Positions 9,873 through 19,229 of a stretch of 64,000 nucleotides of DNA are shown piece after piece. A program made the translations under genes and the position numbers. Where the stretch lies: the NCBI GenBank assembly GCA_019828565.1, contig JAHDYR010000066.1, positions 310,001 through 374,000 of the forward strand, given 5' to 3'. Under the pieces are notes generated by a model that worked only from the letters and a program-made list of their open reading frames with translations, was not told where the DNA came from and ran no database searches. This stretch comes from Carpediemonas membranifera BICM. Its lineage: Eukaryota; Protista; Fornicata. Each line of letters begins with the position of its first letter. Position 1 is the first letter of the stretch.

Positions 9873-11249
9873 ATGCCAAAGAAGGGGAAATCGAAGGGCA
9901 AGGGTAAGAAGTCCAAGGAAACCGAAGAAGAACGCCGTGCTCGCCTGGAATTGGAGCGTCAGATGGCCGAAGAAGCTAGAAAACAATACGAGGACACTTC
10001 ACGCGTCAAGTTGCGCATGATGGTCGAAGAAGAGCGCAAAGCGAGTGCAGTTAACAAGCGTCTTGTGCAGGAGAAGTACGTTAGCATGCTCAAGGAGAAG
10101 AAGGCGGACGAACTTCGGCACGCCCTGGAGACTGTGGCCATCGACCACGGACGCCACATCGACTCCAAGGACGCCATCATCCAGATGCTGGACCGGTACC
10201 TCGACCTTGCTGAGGAGCAGTACCAGCGGATCCTGCGGGCCCACCTGACGACGCTCGACCGGCTCACTGCCGTAAGCGACAGGACGCTCGGGCGGCTGGC
10301 CTCAAAGTTCAAGGAGTCTGCCGACTCGATCACTGCTGAGTTTACTGCTGAGATGGACGAAATCAAGGCCTCCCAAGAGCGTGCCGTCCGCCGCCAGAAG
10401 GACATCATCGAGGCGATCCGACAGGATTTCGCCAGCAACGATGACGGCATCCGTCAAGAGTTCCAGTCGATGCTGGACGAGATGGAGCACCGCAATACGG
10501 AGGAGTACAACGTGCTCCGTCTGACACTCGAGTCCAACATCGAGGAGCTCGAGCGCCACTTCGTGCAGGCCCACCAGCAGTACCTGCAGAGCACGGAGAC
10601 GCGCACACAACACTTTAAGCTGCTCACGATGAAGGATCAGCAGAACGCCAAGACTATCGAGGAGCAGACTGCCCGCCTCGACAAGCTCCAAGCGGCCCTC
10701 AGCCACTGGAAGACGAAGCTCGCCAACACGGTGCAGGAGTACAAGGAGCGGAACGCCCACCTCACGGAGGAACGGGACCAGTTGCTGCGGCACTTCCAGG
10801 GGCTCAAACGTCGCATGGACAGGTTCCGTAAGAACGAGCGCGAGCGGCTCACCACGCTGTGTGTGGAGGCCAACGAGGGCGAGGAGAAGCTCGATAAGGA
10901 CATCAAGCTGCTCGAGCGAGTGATGACCCTCCAGGAGCTCTGTGCCCGCGAGCTGACCTGCCTCGAGCAGGTTAAGCCGTTCGACCCGTACGTGCTGGAT
11001 GAGCAGACGAAGAAGGACATCGACGACGCCATGGCCGAGCACGGCGGCGAGGTGGGTGAGACCAACATGCACAACTTCTTCAGACGGCTCAACAAGGCGA
11101 AGATTGACGTCACCGCCATGCAGAACCTGAACAGAAGCCTCAAGCAGGAGAACGCCCAGCTTAAGGTGGCGCTGCAGACGTATCTGGAGAACATCTCTGT
11201 GAGTGATGTTACCTTCCAGCAGGAGAACCCGCTGCTCATCATCAACTGA
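9873..11249 (+). CDS. CCDC65: Dynein regulatory complex subunit 2
   Basis: MPKKGK start, DSKDAIIQMLDRYLDLAEEQY...LRAHL, ENAQLKVALQTYLENISVS...NPL. Confidence 0.85.
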   Translation: MPKKGKSKGKGKKSKETEEERRARLELERQMAEEARKQYEDTSRVKLRMMVEEERKASAVNKRLVQEKYVSMLKEKKADELRHALETVAIDHGRHIDSKDAIIQMLDRYLDLAEEQYQRILRAHLTTLDRLTAVSDRTLGRLASKFKESADSITAEFTAEMDEIKASQERAVRRQKDIIEAIRQDFASNDDGIRQEFQSMLDEMEHRNTEEYNVLRLTLESNIEELERHFVQAHQQYLQSTETRTQHFKLLTMKDQQNAKTIEEQTARLDKLQAALSHWKTKLANTVQEYKERNAHLTEERDQLLRHFQGLKRRMDRFRKNERERLTTLCVEANEGEEKLDKDIKLLERVMTLQELCARELTCLEQVKPFDPYVLDEQTKKDIDDAMAEHGGEVGETNMHNFFRRLNKAKIDVTAMQNLNRSLKQENAQLKVALQTYLENISVSDVTFQQENPLLIIN

Positions 11250-11365
11250 GCCCGGACATTGTTAAATACTCGCGAAGAACGGCGACTGGGGCGGGTTGGC
11301 TGATTTACGTGGTTTACGGCGAGATTATGTATGGCGGTGTGTTGTGAGCGACGAGGAAGAACTCG

Positions 11366-12078
11366 ATGGTGAAGCACGTCGCAAAGCGTTTTCACAAGGA
11401 ACGTGTAGTTCCTAGGTATGTGGAGTCCGTTTCTACTAACACAGGGCGCATATCAGGAAGGGTTTCACGATGCTCGAGAAGCACAAGGATTACAAGCTTC
11501 GCGCGGACGATTACAACAAGAAGAAGAAGTATCTGAAGGACCTTGCCCGTAAGGCAGCTCTTGCCAACGAGGAGGAGTTCTCATTCGGCATGATCAACGC
11601 CCGCAAACGCCGTGATGGCACGCACGTCTCTCTCATCAAGGATCTGCCAACGAACAAGGAGATCTCCCGGATGAAGAAGCAGGATCATGAGCTCGTCAAG
11701 ATGATGATCGTCCAGAACCGTAAGCAGATCGACCGGCTCACCGTCGGTCTGGGGCTTGCCCGCAAGGAGGACCAACCCCAGGTGCCCGAGGAGAGGGAAG
11801 CCGGCGATAGCTCATCCAGCAGCGAGTCAGAGCCCGAGGTGGACCAGCGCGACGAGCAGGCTGGTGACGGCGAGGCCGACGAGGGCATGAGCGACGAAGA
11901 CAAGCCTGAGACCACCGAGGAGAAGCTCAAGCGTCTCCGGCGGGAGGTGGAGGAGCTCACAGTCCTGAGTCAGAAGCTTGACACCTACTTCCTGCACGAG
12001 GCCAAGGGAGCCAAGCGGATGGACACCAACGACGCCGGGCAGCGGGTGCTTGTGCGGAAACAACAGAGGCGCCGTTGA
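11366..12078 (+). CDS. UTP11: U3 snoRNP protein Utp11, one intron (11416-11444)
   Basis: HKER...LEKHKDYKLRADDY...NEEEFSFGM. The intron gtatgt...ctaacacag restores the N-terminus. Confidence 0.85.
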
Positions 12079-12166
12079 ATGGCGCCACCCTACGGATAAA
12101 CGTCACTCGCTTCACTCCAGCAGTTCTTGCCCCTGCAGATTGATTCCTTTCGTCGCCGGTGACGAG

Positions 12167-13033
12167 ATGACCAAAATTCACTTCAAAAAGAGCGATGAGC
12201 ACCAATTTATGATCGAAACAACGAATAGCACGCTTGTAGACACACTTAATGAGCAGCTGTGCGCCATGCACAACGAGCGTATCGTTTTGCTTCATCTGAC
12301 GGAATACATCGACCAATTCCGTCAATACGGCGTCGCTGTGCCCGAAGAGCAGCGCTGCATCGACATTCCCATCGATGAAGATGAGCACAAGTCCTGCCCC
12401 GGCACTATCTACCACGCCGACCCCAACAAGCTTCGCAATGGCTTTGCCCCCGGCGAAGAGGTCGGTAGGCAGCTTGCTGAGGCCATCGCTGATGTCAAGA
12501 ACGTTCTCGACAAGCAGAATCCGGCCAATCGCGTCTTCCTGACCGAGGAGCAGCTCAGCGAGTGCCACCACAAGCTCAATGGCGCCCTCATGATCGCCTT
12601 AGCGACCCACTACCCCAAATACGTCGACACTGGGTTGCCCGAGTACGACGAGATCCAGCGCGCGCTCTCGCTCCCAGCTAAGGAGGCTCTAGCGGAGAAG
12701 CAGGCGGGCAAGGAGCTGCTAGACCCCAAGGAGACCGAGCTGTGGTTCGCGGGGAAGCGGATGGAGGGAAACCAGGGCAAGAAGCTGGCGGACTATTTCG
12801 GGAGAAACGAGAAGATGAAGGTCCTCGTCAAGCCCAGCAAGAACGGCCGGCCGCCCGTTGCAGAGCAGCAGTCCGAGGCCCAGCGCCGCGATATGATGTC
12901 CTTCTACTACAAACAGCAGCAGGAGTACGAGCGCATGGACGCTGAGGACGGCGTCGAGTCCGTCAGCGCGCCCTGGGCCCGCGGGGGGCTCAAGAGCTCC
13001 ATCCACGGCATGGGCGGCATCAAGTGGCGCTAA
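12167..13033 (+). CDS. CFAP298: CFAP298 / C21orf59 (DUF2870)
   Basis: KKSDEHQF, DPNKLRNG.AP, LWFAGK, LADYFGRNEKMK, YYKQQ, LKSSIHGMGGIKWR. Confidence 0.88.
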   Translation: MTKIHFKKSDEHQFMIETTNSTLVDTLNEQLCAMHNERIVLLHLTEYIDQFRQYGVAVPEEQRCIDIPIDEDEHKSCPGTIYHADPNKLRNGFAPGEEVGRQLAEAIADVKNVLDKQNPANRVFLTEEQLSECHHKLNGALMIALATHYPKYVDTGLPEYDEIQRALSLPAKEALAEKQAGKELLDPKETELWFAGKRMEGNQGKKLADYFGRNEKMKVLVKPSKNGRPPVAEQQSEAQRRDMMSFYYKQQQEYERMDAEDGVESVSAPWARGGLKSSIHGMGGIKWR

Positions 13034-13064
13034 TAAAGTCGGTGCGTTTACATATATGTATAGT

Positions 13065-15089
13065 TCAGCGGGTCAGCTCATCACAAACCAACTTGCTGGC
13101 GAGGGCGATGACATCGGGGCACCAGAGGCCGGCGTCCGCCTGGAAAACACCCTTGGCAACGGACAGCAGCGCAGCGCCCGGCAGCTGGTCTCCGTTGGCC
13201 AGCAGGGAGTCAGATATCCTGCGGTAGACCCTATTCTGCACCAGGCCGTACCGGGCATCGAACAGCAGCACGAGGCTGTCCAGGTCCTTGCTGTGGGCGG
13301 AAAGGTTCAGCATCTCCTGCCGGTATGCGGCGGGGTGACCGTCCCACAGTGCAAGGGTCAGGACGGACTTGAACGCGACCTGGTATAGCTCGATCATGTC
13401 GCCGTACGCGGGCAGGAACTTCTCGTGGACAAACTCGGTCAGAGACGTGACATCGACTGCAGTGTCGGTCTGAAGGGCGGCCGACAGCAACTGCATGATG
13501 TCCGGAAATGATCTGATGCCAGCGAGGCTGTGGACACTGAATGTTGGGAAGATCTGAGATAGTCTGCCGACCCAGCCGAGATCTTCTAAAGATACGTTAG
13601 ATATGACAATCTTATCCTCCGAATCCTCTATCCCTACGACCACCGAGATCCTCGCCTTGACGTCCAGCTCCTTCATCTCCCCCAGGGTCGACGCCAACTG
13701 GATCCAGTAAGTCCCAACCCGGTCACCTTGGGTCAGGACATGGGGCGGGGCGACCTCCGACACGGCACCCAGGACGCCCAGGGCAGGGTCCCAGGCCACT
13801 ACAGGGCCGGTTGTCGTGGGGAGCAGCAGGCGCACGGCGAGGGCGGAAACGAGTGTCTTCGCACTGCCGGCGTCGTGGCTCTTGAGGTCGGGAAGCCTGG
13901 CATGCGCCTGCACGGCGAACGACAGCTTGTCCTTCCCCATCGAGAGCAGGTGGCGGAGGAGAGTCACAGCCGCGGTCGACTTCTCGGCGTCGTGATAGGC
14001 CAGGAGGAGCGCCAGGAGCGTGTGTGGCAGCGTGTGCCCGAAGAACGTCTTGCCCCCGGCTGCAGACACGATCAGCCTGATGGTATCCTGCGGGGTCTTG
14101 TTCGAGTGCGTCGCGATGGCCGCCATCATCGTGTCAAGGTCAGCCTCGGGCATGCGGCCTCCACTCAACGCTGATATTTGATTGAGTGTCAAACTCGCCT
14201 TGATTGGATAGAGATACTCATAAATTGTCAAGGCGGCGTCAATGGCGTCGACCTCGTCATGGTAGTCCGCGACTGATGGCGAGTCTGCCTTCTTCCGAAC
14301 CGGCAGGGCGTGGAACAGACCGTTCAGCGCTGCGGGCGGCGTGTGTCGCGGTGTTGCTCTGAACGCGGCGATGGCCAGCCTGAGTGCTTTCTCCGAATCC
14401 GGCAGTGCGGCTACAATCTTGGCGATTGACTCGTAAACCTGGGACAACTGGGTCCGGTCGACCCGGCTGAGGTAGGTACGGACGAAGTCGGGGTGGTAAT
14501 CGGTGTCAGCGAGGCCCTGCTCCATTGCCGCGGGCCCGCTGTCATCCAGCTCCACCGCACGACGGGACGCCGCGCTCAGCTCGTCTTGAGCAAGGGCTGG
14601 GGTCGCCTCGGGCATGGCTTCCCTCGCTGTCTGCTGCCGTACACGGGCGGCGGCGGTCAGTGAAGCGGCGCACTGTTCTGCGACCAGGAGTGTGTCGAGG
14701 AGCTGAGCGTTGAACTCGGCCTGCCGCTCAGTATCCTCCTCATCAAGGACCTCAGTGTCGACCTCGGGGCTGATTACGTCGGCCAGGTCCTCCTGCTCCT
14801 CTTCCTTCGGCTCGTCGTCTGCATCTGACGAGGGGGTCTCGGCCTGGATGTCCTCTTCTGGCTGCGAGGGCTCTGGCTCCTCGGCTGTGACCATCTTTGA
14901 GTCGTTTGTCTTCGATATCTGTTTCTTTGTTGCCCTCAGAGAGCGTAGCGTCGCCTGCAGAGAACGAACGGCGTCGGGAAGAACAGGAATGCAGTTCCAC
15001 ATCGCACGGCGCATTGCATCGTCATTTAGCCCAGTAAAGCCTAGTGCAATGAAGAAAGCGAGCGCTGAAATGGCGATGAGGGCGAGCAT
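13065..15089 (-). CDS. Hypothetical protein with N-terminal signal/TM anchor and acidic linker
   Basis: 674-aa ORF with a hydrophobic N-terminus; no family recognised. Confidence 0.6.
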   Translation of the reverse strand: MLALIAISALAFFIALGFTGLNDDAMRRAMWNCIPVLPDAVRSLQATLRSLRATKKQISKTNDSKMVTAEEPEPSQPEEDIQAETPSSDADDEPKEEEQEDLADVISPEVDTEVLDEEDTERQAEFNAQLLDTLLVAEQCAASLTAAARVRQQTAREAMPEATPALAQDELSAASRRAVELDDSGPAAMEQGLADTDYHPDFVRTYLSRVDRTQLSQVYESIAKIVAALPDSEKALRLAIAAFRATPRHTPPAALNGLFHALPVRKKADSPSVADYHDEVDAIDAALTIYEYLYPIKASLTLNQISALSGGRMPEADLDTMMAAIATHSNKTPQDTIRLIVSAAGGKTFFGHTLPHTLLALLLAYHDAEKSTAAVTLLRHLLSMGKDKLSFAVQAHARLPDLKSHDAGSAKTLVSALAVRLLLPTTTGPVVAWDPALGVLGAVSEVAPPHVLTQGDRVGTYWIQLASTLGEMKELDVKARISVVVGIEDSEDKIVISNVSLEDLGWVGRLSQIFPTFSVHSLAGIRSFPDIMQLLSAALQTDTAVDVTSLTEFVHEKFLPAYGDMIELYQVAFKSVLTLALWDGHPAAYRQEMLNLSAHSKDLDSLVLLFDARYGLVQNRVYRRISDSLLANGDQLPGAALLSVAKGVFQADAGLWCPDVIALASKLVCDELTR

Positions 15090-15366
15090 TCAGCCAAGCC
15101 GTCGAGTTGTCGTCAGGAAATGAACACATCAACGAAGCCTGGCCCGACTGAGTACGGGCTGCTGTGGCGTGAAGGGCGCGATCCTCATTGCTACCCGGTC
15201 GACTTTCTCCTGCTGTCACCCGGTATACTAATAGAGCATGTCAGCACCTGGATCAAATCACTACGCCGACCCTACGCTATGGTGTCCACTGCACCTTGCC
15301 GCCCCTATGCACCTCATACAAGTCAAGGCAGTGGACCCTGATTGATCATAACCGCGTCAAGAGCGA

Positions 15367-16470
15367 ATGAGCTTCAACATCAGTGCCAGCTTCAATGAGG
15401 CGCTAAACTTGGTCAAATCAGAGAGCGAGGCGGATAAGGAGAAGGCTCTGAAGCTCCTGCAGCAGTGCGATCGCACGGCAGTGACGTTCCTGCCCGAGAT
15501 CTACGCCACCGCCACTGCAGACCACCGTGTGGAGGAAGACGACCTTCGTGAAATCGCTACCGGCGACATGAAGTTCCTTTTGATCCGCTCCCTCCTCGGC
15601 GAGCTCTACGACAGCCTCTACGAGCAGCCCCGGGAGTGGACTGTTCCTCGGGCTAAGAGGGCTCTCGAGAGCTTCGTCCAGGTGTGCAGATGCCTCGGAC
15701 TGCTCGACATGGGCCACAAGAAGGGTCTGATCTCGCGGTACACGCTAGCGCTGCTCAACGACGACATGCCTTCAGACATGTATGAGAAGCGGACGCTCAT
15801 CGTAGAGCACCACAAGCTCGCCACACAGGCGGAGCGTGCCATCGCGGAGGTCGACATGCGCCGCCGGGATCGCATCTCGATGCTTCGTCGTAAGGCAGAC
15901 ACGGAGCTCGACCGGGACGCGCTGCTCGACGACGACGACCTCTCCGAGTATGAAAGGGAGTTCACCATGCATAAGATCATCCTCAAGGCTGCAGAGGCCA
16001 TCGAGATGCTGCGCTACCTCAATGATGAGATGGAGCTCATCAAGTACGGCCAGCAGGTCGATCCCGAGACCGGGTTGACCAGGGCGGAGCTGGCCAGGCA
16101 GGAGTACGAGAAGCACGAGGCCGAGCCCGAGGCCCCTAAGCAGGGCAACCTCCCTGTCTTCACCAACTTCAACAGCATCGAGGACGTCAAGAAGTTCGCC
16201 CTCAAGCAGGCTGCCAACGAGATCCCGCTCGACGTTGCCGCAATGATGGGTCTTGACGAGCATGCGGACGACCTGCCCGAGGCCAAGCCCATCGTCGCCA
16301 ACCCCCGCAGCCTGGCGCCCGAGGACAAGGAGCACCCGACGACAAAGCAGGAAGAGGAGGACCTCGCCATCGACCGGGACGACCCCGCGGCGAGGAGGAA
16401 GGCGCAGGAGTGGGACAGCTTCAAGGACGACAACCCCGTGGGGTGGGGCAACCGCGGGAACAAGGGCTAG
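15367..16470 (+). CDS. TAP42: TAP42/alpha4 (IGBP1) PP2A regulator
   Basis: EEDDLREIATGDMKFLLI and C-terminal AQEWDSFKDDNPVGWGNR. Confidence 0.88.
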   Translation: MSFNISASFNEALNLVKSESEADKEKALKLLQQCDRTAVTFLPEIYATATADHRVEEDDLREIATGDMKFLLIRSLLGELYDSLYEQPREWTVPRAKRALESFVQVCRCLGLLDMGHKKGLISRYTLALLNDDMPSDMYEKRTLIVEHHKLATQAERAIAEVDMRRRDRISMLRRKADTELDRDALLDDDDLSEYEREFTMHKIILKAAEAIEMLRYLNDEMELIKYGQQVDPETGLTRAELARQEYEKHEAEPEAPKQGNLPVFTNFNSIEDVKKFALKQAANEIPLDVAAMMGLDEHADDLPEAKPIVANPRSLAPEDKEHPTTKQEEEDLAIDRDDPAARRKAQEWDSFKDDNPVGWGNRGNKG

Positions 16471-16546
16471 TGTAAATACCGGTGGATACCGGTGGATTTA
16501 TGGTATACATGACTTATGCAAATATCACAGGAGCCATTCGTCGTCG

Positions 16547-17230
16547 TCAAGGTCGAGGCCCGAGGCCCGAGCCCCGTGTGCTAGCGTCACTCAGGGTGAC
16601 ATTGGCCATCATGCCGTCCCTGTGTCGAAACAGTATAGGGATCAATGTCGTAAATGCCCGGCGACAGTATGGGTACAGCGGTTGGTCTGACTCCACAGCA
16701 AGTCGGTCGAAGAGCTCAGCGGGGTCGAACCATATCCGGTCATAGATCTCCCTGTTGCCGCCCGACCACGCGTCCCCACTCACCACGGCGCGACAGAAGT
16801 AGACCACTACGATCTTCCGCGAGTGCTCCCTGTTGACGAAGAAGTCCACGGCCCATGGGCTGAGGGTGGCCTCGAACTCGGACTCCTCCCGGAACTCCCG
16901 GCACGCTGCCTCCCACTGGGTCTCGGTGCACGTGGCCGCAGTGTCGCCGACCTTTCCCCCGGGCACACCGAGCGTCCTGTCGCCGCGAGAGACGTTGTGG
17001 TCGAGGATGAGAACACGACCGAGGCTGTCCTGGGCCACAATGAAGGTCGAGGCCGCGTGGTAGCGCAGTACGGCTTGCTCAAACGACAGCGAGGCAGTGG
17101 CCGCGAGTGCTGCTTCAGCAGCCACCCGATGTTCGAAGGCGTTGATGGCGTCCGCGGTGTTGCCAGGGTCCGAGGCCAGAACGCCCTCGTACATGCGGTC
17201 CAGCGCCTCATAGACCTCGCTGATCTCCAT
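16547..17230 (-). CDS. Nudix hydrolase
   Basis: Nudix box variant PGGKVG...ETQWEAACREFREES. Start could lie further upstream (~17412). Confidence 0.75.
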   Translation of the reverse strand: MEISEVYEALDRMYEGVLASDPGNTADAINAFEHRVAAEAALAATASLSFEQAVLRYHAASTFIVAQDSLGRVLILDHNVSRGDRTLGVPGGKVGDTAATCTETQWEAACREFREESEFEATLSPWAVDFFVNREHSRKIVVVYFCRAVVSGDAWSGGNREIYDRIWFDPAELFDRLAVESDQPLYPYCRRAFTTLIPILFRHRDGMMANVTLSDASTRGSGLGPRP

Positions 17231-18175
17231 CTGCTGTACAATGGTGTTCGGCGGCTGTCTACGGCACGGATGGCGCTGGTCGCGAGGCGTTGGACTTCGT
17301 TTTGCCGGCTGTGTGCTCGTTTGTATTGGTTCGCCCTCTATTTGTCCATCCAGCCTCGTATGCCATGTTATTGGTGCTGTTCCCGGTTGTGTATCAACTT
17401 CCTTTGATTCCATGCCGCTTTGCGTTTGGCGGGCTTGTGCGGGTGGCGCAGTGCAAAGATACATACAGCTGTTTTACATGATAAATGACCCAACGCGACA
17501 CCAGGGTCGGGCAGGCACAATGACTGAGTCGGGGTATCGCCCTGAAACCAAGGGCAGCCATGGATGGATGGATGACCTTCATTGCCTGTCGGCCATGAGA
17601 TAACAAGGAACAACGAGCCCAGCACTCAGATCAGAGACCTCTCGGTGCCAATGATGAGCTCTAAGATGCCGCCCTTGGCTTCCCTGTCGTGGACGGAGGC
17701 GACAAGCTCGTTTAGCGGTACGAGATGACGGGAGTGGACGCTCATAAGGAAGACCGGCTTCGACATACGGTTTTGGAGCTTCTGCGCAAACAGTGCAATA
17801 GTGTAATGGCCGCGAACAAGGCATAGAATGCCTGTACCAACAGCCTTGCCGTTCTCCTCGAAGAATAGGCGCTATGTCAGCAAGAAGAGCAAATATATGC
17901 ACATACACAGGGTAGATGCGACGGGTACAGCTCTCGTAGGTACTCGGCGTCTGTTGATTCAAGCGCCACGAGCGACGCCATTGCTGACTCAGGCCAGAGT
18001 CGAGGCCAGGTGTGGCGGTGCGGGCCACTCCTGTTGTGTCTCACGGCTGGATTGCCATAGCACTGGGTGTTGCGAATCGGGTGCTTCCGTTCTCACAGAA
18101 TTAACCAGCATCAATCAACACGACCAAGGGCCGGCGGAACTGGCAAAACCTCAACTATTTACAGAAACACGGGTG

Positions 18176-18496
18176 TTACGCGTGGACAAGGCTGTATACA
18201 ACGATCCATGTCAGGAAGAAGACCGCGGCGCCCGTGCCGAAATGAGCCTTCGTGGCCTCCATCCTGCCGCCATATTCACGCATGTCTAGTTTGAAGCACT
18301 GCTCAATGATGATGATAGTGCCATACACGTTCGAAATAAGCGCAAGAGGGATCGAAATCAGCGCCATCAAGGGAATCCCGCCGCATATCGCACCAACGAG
18401 GAAGGAAAGGCCAATACGAATCCAGAATAGATAATTCAGCAAGACATGCTTTGGGATAGCCTCCCTAGCCGCGGATATGCCCGTCTTTTCGATCAT
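18176..18496 (-). CDS. Rab5-interacting (RAB5IF/EMC6 family) small membrane protein
   Basis: YLFWIR...LVGAICGGIPL ... FFLTWIVVYSLVH pattern. Confidence 0.7.
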   Translation of the reverse strand: MIEKTGISAAREAIPKHVLLNYLFWIRIGLSFLVGAICGGIPLMALISIPLALISNVYGTIIIIEQCFKLDMREYGGRMEATKAHFGTGAAVFFLTWIVVYSLVHA

Positions 18497-18617
18497 GACG
18501 CAGTGGGCGAGGCTAAAGTGCACCCAGAATATGGTCTGTTTGCTGGTCCTCCTAGACCGTATGAGGCTAGTAGAACCCGCAGAGTACATCCGCAAAACCT
18601 ATTTATGCTGTAAACGC

Positions 18618-19183
18618 CTACTTCTTCCCTGACGGCGGCTTGGCAGGCCCCAGCATCCGCTTCTGGATGGTCATGACCTCTGCGAGAGACGCCAGTGTGG
18701 TCTCGCTGACCATGCCGCCCATTATGAGCTCATCGAGGACCATGACGACCCTGTCGGTGTTGAGAACCATGTCCAACTCGCAGACGTTCTCCATGACCTT
18801 GTTGAGCCCCTCAACGAAGGTCTGGATGAGGTCAAGGATAGCCAGTGACGACTCTGTCTGGTCTACGATCATGACGACGTAGAGGGTGGCGTAGTGGCGG
18901 TAGACGAGCTTGAGGCCGTCGCCCTTGAGGGGAATGCCATCGGTGGAAACGAAATTGCAGTAGCTGTCAGGCCGGTTGGACACCGCCTGGTACACAGCCT
19001 TGATCACTGCCTTCTGCTCCTCTGGTGTCTGTGTAATTGCGGATATATGGGGATCTCGGCCAGCTTGCGATAATGGATGGCTCCAAGCGCCGCTGGAGGG
19101 TGAAAACAAACGTAATCGCTCTCATAGAACTTGGAGAGACGCGGTTTCCCGTGATAGTTGAATATCAGCGCAGCCTCGATCAT
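18618..19183 (-). CDS. AP3S: AP-3 adaptor complex sigma subunit, one 83-nt intron (19029-19111)
   Basis: MIEAALIFNYHGKPRLSKFY plus LVYRHYATLY...ILDLIQTFVE...ENVCELD. The intron gtttgt...ttacacag joins the frames exactly at a codon boundary. Confidence 0.88.
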
Positions 19184-19195
19184 CAGCTGACGGTG

Positions 19196-19229
19196 AGTGT
19201 TGCGCAGTATAAACACATTTTTCGAACCT
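19196..19229. repeat. 34-bp direct repeat, copy A (downstream of Fanzor copy 1)
   Basis: agtgttgcgcagtataaacacatttttcgaacct, 31/34 identical to 21073-21106. Confidence 0.9.

Noticed and set aside
152-13033. Apparent cluster of ciliary/centriolar genes
   Set aside because: They are interleaved with unrelated genes; this density is expected in a compact flagellate genome.
16476-16497. Tandem 10-mer ataccggtgg x2 (and atttcaaaacatc x2 at 23178-23204)
   Set aside because: Short local slippage duplications in 3' UTRs with no further structure.
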